Shown here: in pieces, positions 1-6,973 of the stretch
Layout of the letters: the number at the start of each line of letters is the position of its first letter
Position numbering within the stretch: position 1 is the first letter of the stretch
Source: a virus
Reading direction: 5' to 3' (one strand)
DNA length: 25,504 bases
IMG/VR virus record: IMGVR_UViG_3300006738_000075
Position numbers and translations under genes: made by a program
Notes under the pieces: model-generated
What the model was told of the DNA's origin: nothing
The model's database searches: none
Seen by the model: only the letters and a program-made list of their open reading frames with translations

Positions 1-61
1 CACACTTGATGTTGGCTGTATAGGGCCTCCCTTGAGAATGTGCTGTAAGAAGCTATAAATA

Positions 62-90
62 TGGGAGATGCGATTGTCTAGTATCTCCCA
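62..90 (+). terminator. Hairpin, possible weak terminator of an upstream gene
   Basis: TGGGAGATGC (62-71) pairs with GTATCTCCCA (81-90), 10 bp with one G.U; followed by an AT-rich stretch rather than a clean U-tract. Confidence 0.3.
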
Positions 91-102
91 CTATAATTAT
101 AT

Positions 103-211
103 TTGACACATACTGGTCACTCCCAATGTTCACAAGAGTCGTGCTCTAGAACTATTGCCAAAGCGTATTTAACCGGAACGGTTTTATGTACGTAGATGGA
201 GTATGTGTCAA
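103..211 (+). ncRNA. Long-stem structured RNA module (module 0)
   Basis: Perfect 12-bp inverted repeat TTGACACATACT (103-114) / AGTATGTGTCAA (200-211) enclosing smaller hairpins (AGAG-tcgtg-CTCT, AACCG-gaa-CGGTT); ends 20 nt before an AGGAGG. Confidence 0.5.
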
Positions 212-241
212 TAACCTTTTAATTAACAAAAGGAGGACGAA

Positions 242-367
242 ATGAAGAGAAGGAAAAGTGTACTGTATTCTATTTCTTCTATTATCTGGAGAATATATAA
301 GAAGGTACAAGCCGGGAAGTTTGAGGCGAGAAGAAAAGAGGATAAAGAGGCTGGTGTAGTAAGGTAA
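242..367 (+). CDS. Small basic hypothetical protein, 41 aa (MKRRKSVLYSISSIIWRIYKKVQAGKFEARRKEDKEAGVVR); below the ORF-track cutoff
   Basis: AGGAGG at 231-236, ATG at 242, TAA at 365-367. Explains the 223..423 minus-strand ORF as a shadow. Confidence 0.65.
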   Translation: MKRRKSVLYSISSIIWRIYKKVQAGKFEARRKEDKEAGVVR

Positions 368-394
368 CTCAAGGTCTCAATTTTTCTTAAAGAA

Positions 395-893
395 GTAGGC
401 AATGAATCTAGCGATGACGTCAACAGATTCGTCTCAGAGTGACGATTCCACGGTTGGCCACTAAGGATAAAACTCCATTGCCTACATATTTTGACATAAC
501 CTCAGGTTGTTGCCCAATAAGGCAAACAAGGAATGGTTAGCGGTACTAACCGTTTACACCTACTGAGATGTCATATATTTACTCTATCAGAGTTAGAGCT
601 TTTGACGAATGTTACTAGCTCACGGAGGGTAGATAGGGTATACTCTGATAGGGTATATTGAACATATGTAATTCTACAGGTGATGGATTGAAAGCCGTTA
701 GCTCATCTCTCGTATTCAAATCCTCAAATGCCTCCAATCTGTCACCTAAAATTAAACCGAGCAAAGACCTCAGATGGTTGAGTAAGGCTCATTAAAGGTA
801 CGTGGATAGCAACCACAGTTCGGTTTAAAGTATTAATAAAATGGTGGCAAATTTTGGCAGTTGCTTAAATGTTGCGACAGCAACAGCCATTTT
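395..893 (+). ncRNA. Tandem array of six sequence-unrelated stem-closed RNA modules
   Basis: Closing helices read by eye: 395-404/476-485 (10 bp); 492-497/568-573 plus 501-505/563-567; 580-593/642-655 (14 bp); 678-690/735-747 (13 bp); 752-760/820-828 (9 bp); 838-845/886-893 (8 bp). Short AU-rich linkers; no ORF of 60 aa or more. Confidence 0.62.
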
Positions 894-914
894 TAATTAT
901 AATCAATAACCAAG

Positions 915-1112
915 ATGGAGAATGATACTATGGCTATGATAAGTGTATTAGACTACATAGAAGGAGAAGAGTTTGCTAAGAAAATGAAAGACCTTTCTTA
1001 TCTTCTCAATAACGAGGAAGAACCAACAGTGTTACATATAGCAACAGCTAAGTTACATAAATGTACTAAACACTGTAAATACCAGAAGTTCAATAAAAAG
1101 GAGTGTAAATGA
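915..1112 (+). CDS. Hypothetical protein, 65 aa
   Basis: ORF in the sense of the block; no clear SD; no recognisable motif. Confidence 0.5.
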   Translation: MENDTMAMISVLDYIEGEEFAKKMKDLSYLLNNEEEPTVLHIATAKLHKCTKHCKYQKFNKKECK

Positions 1113-1162
1113 ACGCATAATGAAAAATAAAATGGCGAGTGAATAAAGGGTTGAAGACCGAT

Positions 1163-1254
1163 AATATTAGAGGACACAATACCTTGTAAGAGACATAAAA
1201 CTAAGTGAGATTGGTTGTAAAGCCTTTGTCTTTGGAATTGTGTCCTTTGATATT
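1163..1254 (+). promoter_or_regulatory. Intergenic long-stem RNA module (possible RNase III processing site)
   Basis: 18-bp helix 1163-1180 / 1237-1254 with two G.U pairs, inner AGACA/TGTCT pair; lies just upstream of the AAGGAG for ORF 1285. Confidence 0.58.
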
Positions 1255-1284
1255 TGAATGGAAGATTAAAAAAAGGAGATAGTT

Positions 1285-1509
1285 ATGACTACACCAATAT
1301 GGATAGCGATAATGTGGTCTACCTTGGCATTTTTAATTTTATGGATTGGTCTAATGATAGTAACAGCGAGCAGTAATTTTAATATGAAATATGCTCTATG
1401 GGTTGTTAAAAGACAAAGAAAAAAGGTCGAAACTGTTGCAAGGTTCAATAAAATGATTAATTCAGAGATTAAAGAGCTTGAAATAGAGCTAAGAAAGGAT
1501 ATACAATGA
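1285..1509 (+). CDS. Small membrane protein, 74 aa
   Basis: AAGGAG upstream; N-terminal hydrophobic helix (IWIAIMWSTLAFLILWIGLMIV) followed by a basic/coiled tail. Confidence 0.75.
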   Translation: MTTPIWIAIMWSTLAFLILWIGLMIVTASSNFNMKYALWVVKRQRKKVETVARFNKMINSEIKELEIELRKDIQ

Positions 1510-1937
1510 CAAAGTTCACAATCGTTATCACGACAATAATAGGACTTATCACATTGGATAAAATCCTCGATAAGTATGGTGATGTTTCTATTAAACAAAC
1601 AAGGAGGTACGTAATGGATAAATCATATATATTAACTAAAGTTATTTTATTATGGCTGGAACACTTTGCGTTAATACTCGGCGGAGCAGTAGGAGGATGG
1701 CTTTTATTTAAGAGAAAGGTAAAAAAGACAGGAAATACTCCTAATCAGTATATGACAAGGGAAGAAGTTAGATCTATTGTAAAAGCAGAAAATAGTTATT
1801 GGGAAGTAGCAGAAGTAAAAGAGATAACTAAAGAAAAACCAAAGGAATTAATATGTCCTGAATACGCTAAACCCTTAATAAATGCATTGGGAGATTATTT
1901 TCTATGGAGTAATTTCCGCACCAAGGTAAAGAGATAA
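1506..1937 (+). CDS. Hypothetical membrane protein, 143 aa (possible internal start at 1614)
   Basis: ATGA overlap with the upstream gene; two hydrophobic segments; in-frame AAGGAGGT (1601-1608) before ATG 1614. Confidence 0.7.
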   Translation: MTKFTIVITTIIGLITLDKILDKYGDVSIKQTRRYVMDKSYILTKVILLWLEHFALILGGAVGGWLLFKRKVKKTGNTPNQYMTREEVRSIVKAENSYWEVAEVKEITKEKPKELICPEYAKPLINALGDYFLWSNFRTKVKR

Positions 1938-1941
1938 GTAT

Positions 1942-2088
1942 ATGGATACTATAACCATAGGATTATCAGTATGTCTTGGATATTTAATGGGGTTTTTAGC
2001 TGGTTGTGTTTGGTGTGATTATAAGCAAGGTAAGAAGGAGGCTAAAAATGAATTCACCAAAAGACAAGAAAAAAGAACCGAAGTCTAA
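1942..2088 (+). CDS. Small single-TM protein, 48 aa (MDTITIGLSVCLGYLMGFLAGCVWCDYKQGKKEAKNEFTKRQEKRTEV); not in track
   Basis: Fills the gap after the 1937 stop; hydrophobic N-terminus plus basic tail typical of small phage membrane proteins. Confidence 0.6.
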   Translation: MDTITIGLSVCLGYLMGFLAGCVWCDYKQGKKEAKNEFTKRQEKRTEV

Positions 2089-2317
2089 TTTTGCAGTTAT
2101 AGGTATGAATGCCAAAAAAAGGATAGATTTTCAAATTGCATTTGGTGTTTATAATACTATGGAAGAGGCAAAGTTCATAAAAGACATAACACAAAAAAAC
2201 TGTCAGCTTAAAATAGTGATAGAATCAACATCAGCAAATGCAGAAGACACGAAAATAGCTTCTCATTTGAAACGTTTACGGGAAAAACAGAGTACCCGAA
2301 TCAAATACTCTGATTAA
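2048..2317 (+). CDS. Hypothetical basic protein, 89 aa (start moved from 2006 to 2048)
   Basis: AAGGAGG at 2035-2041 precedes ATG 2048. Confidence 0.7.
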   Translation: MNSPKDKKKEPKSNFAVIGMNAKKRIDFQIAFGVYNTMEEAKFIKDITQKNCQLKIVIESTSANAEDTKIASHLKRLREKQSTRIKYSD

Positions 2318-2341
2318 ATGCTATAGCAAAGGAGAATAAAA

Positions 2342-2551
2342 ATGCCTAACATAACGTTAGTTTCCTACCATAATGGTAGCGTACCTCTGGAAATGACCGG
2401 AGATACACCAGCAGGAATCGCAGAGAGTTTAAATATCTCTATTAATGAAGTTGAGATATCGGTAGATGGGAAGTCTGTCCCAGCTAATCATAAACTTAGA
2501 GATGATGACCTGGTTGGAATGCAGAAAGCAAAGGTTAAATCAGGTAAGTAA
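2342..2551 (+). CDS. Ubiquitin-like (ThiS/MoaD-type beta-grasp) protein, 69 aa, ending ...KVKSGK
   Basis: Size and pattern (EISVDGKSV...LRDDDLVGM) match beta-grasp Ubls; near-terminal Gly; AAGGAG SD; first gene of an E2-JAB-E1 cluster. Confidence 0.82.
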   Translation: MPNITLVSYHNGSVPLEMTGDTPAGIAESLNISINEVEISVDGKSVPANHKLRDDDLVGMQKAKVKSGK

Positions 2552-2571
2552 TCTGATTTATTCGATGTCTT

Positions 2572-2663
2572 GGATAAGTGATCTTTGGGGAGTATCATCT
2601 ATTGGTACCTGATGAGACGATGTGAAAAAGCGAACGGCGCTCTTGCCTGAGGGTCACTTATCT
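2572..2663 (+). promoter_or_regulatory. Structured intergenic RNA element between Ubl and E2
   Basis: 16-bp helix 2572-2587 / 2648-2663 (9 consecutive Watson-Crick pairs, 5 G.U) with inner hairpins; ends 7 nt before the AGGAGG (2671-2676) of the E2 gene. Confidence 0.6.
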
Positions 2664-2681
2664 TATACCTAGGAGGACAAA

Positions 2682-3995
2682 ATGAAATACTCAGAGTTAA
2701 AACAAAAAGTACTAAAAAGAAATGCATTAATTAAGGTTATTAAGAATATAGTCCCAGTATTAAATGTATCAACAACTATAGTAAAGAAACAAGCTACCCT
2801 ATTAATAAACAAGTTTGATTGGGTAGAAGTAGGAAGAGACTATAAAAGTTTCTATGTCAAATTTGATAATATTAAACTACGTGGTAGTAGAGTATATCAT
2901 TTATGGGACATATATGTTTGTTTCTCTAAGGGAAGTCAAACCTATCCAAAAATAACGTACTATAATATAGCCCCTCATTCCAATGAAGAGGAATTATTAT
3001 GCTATGGAATGGAATACGATTCTATAGCTGATATGGTAAATTATGAATTGCTTATTCCCGCAAGACATCCACATATTTCAACTGGTACTGGTGATGCGTG
3101 TCTTGGTGATTTTGAAAAACCAATATATAATTGTTTAGGTATTTATAATTATGCTGCTGCATTATTAACAATAAAACAATTCCTATTATCTTGGAATGTG
3201 AATAGTCCATATTGGAATGTAAATGATTGTTATAATTACTTTTTTAGGGCAGAACGAGGATATAAATATCTAACATATGCTGAACTAGTATATATATATA
3301 TTAGTGAATGGGGAAGAAAAGCAAATATCGTGGCAGATATATGTGAATCTGTCAAAAGAAAAACTGGCAAATTTGATGAATCTTGGATTGATAAAGTAAA
3401 TAGATTTCAAGTTTGTCAACAGGATAGATTAGATAGATTTCTTGCTGATCTTGTATCTGATGTGGTAATAGATAAACATCCATTCCTTGAAATGTGGCAT
3501 AGAATAGTTAAATTAAAAGGAACTGACTGGACTTGGGGTAGTAATGCTCAAACATCTATAGCTAATTGTGAGAAATTAGACCTTGTTTATAGTGATTTTA
3601 GAACTGTAATTAATTCATTTAGAACTAAAGCTTCACATACTTTCTCAAAATTTGATATAATATTTTATTATTATAATCATCCACTTGGGAATCAATGGAG
3701 ACGTAGTCACTGGGATATAATCATGAAGAAAAGAATGGAACAGATTCTTAATCAGACAATAAATGAGGTAGCATTAACTGGATCATCTGTGCCAGCAGCA
3801 ACAAAAAGAAGATTGCTTAGAAGTCGTGGAATTGAAGCGTTATTTCAAGAAGGAATTAATTTGGATAACGTTGATAAATTACTATACGATTCTGGGATTA
3901 TAGCATATAGAATGGCAATAAAGAACAGCAAAGAGGCAATAAGGAGGCTCAAAAATGAAGTTGACGATTTTAAAGCCAGTTTTGACCAAACTTAA
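2682..3995 (+). CDS. Prokaryotic E2/UBC-like ubiquitin-conjugating protein with long N- and C-terminal extensions, 437 aa
   Basis: RHPHISTGTGDACLG: HPH (129-131) and Cys140 mirror the E2 HPN...C-L motif; followed by E2-like helices; located between Ubl and JAB. Confidence 0.78.
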   Translation: MKYSELKQKVLKRNALIKVIKNIVPVLNVSTTIVKKQATLLINKFDWVEVGRDYKSFYVKFDNIKLRGSRVYHLWDIYVCFSKGSQTYPKITYYNIAPHSNEEELLCYGMEYDSIADMVNYELLIPARHPHISTGTGDACLGDFEKPIYNCLGIYNYAAALLTIKQFLLSWNVNSPYWNVNDCYNYFFRAERGYKYLTYAELVYIYISEWGRKANIVADICESVKRKTGKFDESWIDKVNRFQVCQQDRLDRFLADLVSDVVIDKHPFLEMWHRIVKLKGTDWTWGSNAQTSIANCEKLDLVYSDFRTVINSFRTKASHTFSKFDIIFYYYNHPLGNQWRRSHWDIIMKKRMEQILNQTINEVALTGSSVPAATKRRLLRSRGIEALFQEGINLDNVDKLLYDSGIIAYRMAIKNSKEAIRRLKNEVDDFKASFDQT

Positions 3996-4812
3996 TTATT
4001 TCTTAGAGACATTTCCTAAGAAAGAATGGAGTGGGCCAGGCTGGTTTGCTTGTAAGCAAGAAAAGAATGAATTTCCAGAGGAATTTGTTTTATTGGATTT
4101 TCATCCTCTTGACTTAGGTACTCATAGTTCGACAGAATGGGATTCTAAAGCTATGCTCTCAGTACTTAAGGAGAAGATAAAAATTAATCCTAAATTAAAG
4201 AAATGTTATTTAGGGTTAGTTCACAGTCATCATACTATGGGTGCATTCTTTAGTGATACTGATGATGATACTTTAGAAAAAATGGCACCAGATATTGGAT
4301 TTTATCCAAGTCTTGTGGTTGCAACTGCTAAGGAAAAGTATGCATTTGCAGTGTCATATAAAGATCAGTATCAAATTCCTCATTTGGTAGAATCTGATGA
4401 TGATTGTGAGATATTACCATTAATAAAACCTAAGAAAGACTGGGCGGATATCGCTAAGACACTCAAAAAGACTGCAAAAGCAACAAATCATTGGACAAGG
4501 AAAAATGGACAAGGTATAATCAATTATGGACATGGCGACTATGGTCAAAGCTATGGATATAAACATTTTCCTATTGAAAAAAAGTCTGCCAAAGTGTCAG
4601 TTAATGATATTAAGTCTAGTGAGGAAAGCTATTATCCTGTACTAAGCAACGAAGAAGAAGAAATGGTATATAAATGCTTTGATGCATGGGAAAATAGATT
4701 AATGTCTTGGGATCAAGTCACGCTTAAACTAGAAAAGGTTGGTATAAGAGACCCTCTTGAATTCTTTGGAATGACTTATGATACAAAGGAATATCAATCG
4801 TACAGTAAATAA
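3955..4812 (+). CDS. JAB/MPN+ metallopeptidase (deubiquitinase-like), 285 aa
   Basis: Glu24 (KEWSG) plus H90-S-H92-x7-S100-x2-D103 (VHSHHTMGAFFSDTD), the complete JAMM zinc motif; AAGGAGG SD. Confidence 0.9.
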   Translation: MKLTILKPVLTKLNYFLETFPKKEWSGPGWFACKQEKNEFPEEFVLLDFHPLDLGTHSSTEWDSKAMLSVLKEKIKINPKLKKCYLGLVHSHHTMGAFFSDTDDDTLEKMAPDIGFYPSLVVATAKEKYAFAVSYKDQYQIPHLVESDDDCEILPLIKPKKDWADIAKTLKKTAKATNHWTRKNGQGIINYGHGDYGQSYGYKHFPIEKKSAKVSVNDIKSSEESYYPVLSNEEEEMVYKCFDAWENRLMSWDQVTLKLEKVGIRDPLEFFGMTYDTKEYQSYSK

Positions 4813-4822
4813 GGAGGTTAAT

Positions 4823-5485
4823 ATGGCGCTAGAAAATAGATTCTTACGAAATAAGGATTTAATTCCACAAAACAAACTTGATGAAATAATGGTAATTGGT
4901 TTAGGGGGCATTGGCAGTAATGTCATTGCCCTCTTGTCCATTATGGGATGGGATACTATAATAGGATATGATGAAGATAAGCTTGAAGAACATAACTTAT
5001 CTGGTTGTTTATATCCTATAAATATGTTAGATGTTCCCAAGGCAAAGGCAGCTAGAGATTTGGCATTAGCATTTGGTGCGAAAGATGCTGATATGTCCGA
5101 AATAAATTGGACATATGATTTAGATGTTATGCTTCCCAAAGTAATCTTAGCCACCGATAATATGGAAGTTAGAAGAGATGCTTATGATGAATGGGTAAAA
5201 TTACCTAATCGTCAGCTTTTGATTGATTTACGTATGGATGCACTTGCAATGGAGATTATTACAACAACAAAAGATAATGATTTCTTTAACGAAAGTTGGG
5301 TACCAAGTGCAGAAATAGAGGATGCCCCCTGTACTATGAAACATACAATATTTACAACAAGTATTGTATCTGGTTTAGGGATCAGTCAGTTGTTTAATTC
5401 CCTTGTGAAACTACCATACTATGCGTATATTTGGGTTGGATTAATACCACTTTCAATAAAGAAAACTCATCTAATAAAGGGATAA
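4823..5485 (+). CDS. E1-like ThiF/MoeB-family activating enzyme, 220 aa (start moved from 4778 to 4823)
   Basis: N-terminal RFLRN, GLGGIG nucleotide-binding loop, DEDKLEEHNL, PKAKAA, ATDNMEVR, IDLRM and a candidate thioester Cys170 (APCTM); AAGGAGG before ATG 4823. Lacks CxxC zinc motifs and the Arg of the usual SNLxRQ. Confidence 0.9.
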   Translation: MALENRFLRNKDLIPQNKLDEIMVIGLGGIGSNVIALLSIMGWDTIIGYDEDKLEEHNLSGCLYPINMLDVPKAKAARDLALAFGAKDADMSEINWTYDLDVMLPKVILATDNMEVRRDAYDEWVKLPNRQLLIDLRMDALAMEIITTTKDNDFFNESWVPSAEIEDAPCTMKHTIFTTSIVSGLGISQLFNSLVKLPYYAYIWVGLIPLSIKKTHLIKG

Positions 5486-5488
5486 ATA

Positions 5489-6349
5489 ATGATAAAGCCT
5501 CAGAAAATCTCCACTAATTGGAGTGAAGTACCTCATGGTGTGACTTATTACTTTATAGGTCAACCTAAAACAGGCAAAACAACAACGGCAAGTCGTTGGA
5601 GCGAAAAAGGAACCGAGGGTGTGTTGTTAATTGATACAGACCTCGGTTCTGATTACGTTGAAGGAGCCAATGTTGTAACTGCTACTAGCTTAAATATTCC
5701 TTACAGGGAATTAAAGTTAGATGGTAAATCCGTCATAAAAGATGGTAAAACACAAATGGAAATTATTCCACCGGAAGAACGAGGATATTATTATCGTTCA
5801 GGTGAGAATCGTGGTAAACCAATGCCTGTTTATTCTATGGTAGAAATATATCAATGGTTAAAACAAAATTTCCACAAACAATCTGAGTTTAATACCATAG
5901 TTATTGATACCATTGATGTAATAAATAAATGGATTGAAGAAGAAGTCGTCAAAGAACTCGATATTACTGGTATGGGTGAAGGTTCTTGGGGGGCTGATTG
6001 GTTTAAAGCAAGAAAGAGAAATGTTGATCTCATAAAGAAACTTCAATTATTCATAAAGAAAAATGGATATGATCTTGTTTTAATAAGTCATTCAAAATCT
6101 TCAACATCAACAGATGGTAAAATTCAGTTGTTGCCAGAATTACCAAGAGGTTTAGCCTATGCATTATCAGCAAAAGCAGATGTTATAGGTTATACAACGG
6201 CAAATAAGGAGGACGGAAAATACTATATAAGTTTCCAGTCCTACGATGAACGTGCAGTAGGAAGTAGGTTAAAGCCACTTGCACAAAAAACTTTATTGTT
6301 TGATTATGATGCAATAAAGAACGAAATCCTAAATTACAAAGAGGAGTAA
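5489..6349 (+). CDS. Sak4-like (AAA_24) phage ssDNA-annealing ATPase, 286 aa
   Basis: Walker A GQPKTGKTT, LLIDTD, Walker B IVIDTID, LISHSK, ADVIGY; typical position upstream of an SSB. Confidence 0.82.
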   Translation: MIKPQKISTNWSEVPHGVTYYFIGQPKTGKTTTASRWSEKGTEGVLLIDTDLGSDYVEGANVVTATSLNIPYRELKLDGKSVIKDGKTQMEIIPPEERGYYYRSGENRGKPMPVYSMVEIYQWLKQNFHKQSEFNTIVIDTIDVINKWIEEEVVKELDITGMGEGSWGADWFKARKRNVDLIKKLQLFIKKNGYDLVLISHSKSSTSTDGKIQLLPELPRGLAYALSAKADVIGYTTANKEDGKYYISFQSYDERAVGSRLKPLAQKTLLFDYDAIKNEILNYKEE

Positions 6350-6352
6350 ATA

Positions 6353-6973
6353 ATGAGATTCAGACCTGAAACAGAATCAAATGGAAGTTGGACGGGCTTT
6401 CAAAATGTACAAATAACGGACTTCTCAGATAGAAGTAAAGATACAAGAGATGATGGTGAAATAAAATTTCCTTGGGCAGATGTTTATTTAGAAGTTATGC
6501 TCGCTGGAAATAGTAAGTATCCAGTTAGATTACAAGTAGCTGGGTCTTATGATAAAGATAGTGACGGTAGGATTAGAACCTGTTCATTATTAAATAAGAT
6601 ATATTACTTATTTGATGCCATTGGTTTTGGCGGCGGGCCAAATACTATAGGTGAATGGGAAACTAAGACAGGAGATAAGATAGAAAATATCCAGACATTC
6701 CTGAATAATAACTATGTTGCCGACATATCAGATGATACAAAGCCATATTATGTCTATGTTTATAGGACATTACAAAAAGATAAAAAAACTGGCGAAGAGA
6801 AGGAATGGACAAGAGTATGTCCAAAGATTGTTATTGATACGCCAGAGAACAGAAAGGAATTAGAAAACTATGTAACCTTTATGAAAAGTAGAGGACATAT
6901 AAAAGAAGTAGAACCTAATAGCTCAGGTAATTCAGCAACCGTGAGTACAGGCTCTTCTGAAGATACTTTTTAA
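6353..6973 (+). CDS. Probable single-stranded DNA-binding protein, 206 aa
   Basis: Lies between Sak4-like and primase-helicase genes; beta-rich; flexible C-terminal tail ending in acidic residues plus Phe (GSSEDTF). Context-based call. Confidence 0.6.
   Translation: MRFRPETESNGSWTGFQNVQITDFSDRSKDTRDDGEIKFPWADVYLEVMLAGNSKYPVRLQVAGSYDKDSDGRIRTCSLLNKIYYLFDAIGFGGGPNTIGEWETKTGDKIENIQTFLNNNYVADISDDTKPYYVYVYRTLQKDKKTGEEKEWTRVCPKIVIDTPENRKELENYVTFMKSRGHIKEVEPNSSGNSATVSTGSSEDTF

Noticed and set aside
103-520. Sigma70 promoters at TTGACA (103-108 and 491-496)
   Set aside because: No convincing -10 hexamer at 16-18 nt, and both hexamers are explained as arms of RNA stems.
395-893. CRISPR array, tRNA cluster, type III antitoxin mimic or integron attC array
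   Set aside because: No repeated sequence unit, no cloverleaf/TpsiC/CCA, and no RYYYAAC...GTTRRRY consensus; no cas or integrase gene in the window.
2595-2650. Hammerhead ribozyme suggested by CTGATGA...GAAA
   Set aside because: Stem II would be only ~2 bp, lacks the G10.1-C11.1 pair, and no register gives both an NUH cleavage triplet and a stem I.
4823-5485. Thiamine or molybdopterin biosynthesis (thiF/moeB with thiS/moaD)
   Set aside because: No thiG/moaE/sulfur-transfer genes; linkage to E2 and JAB favours protein conjugation, so no gene symbol was assigned.
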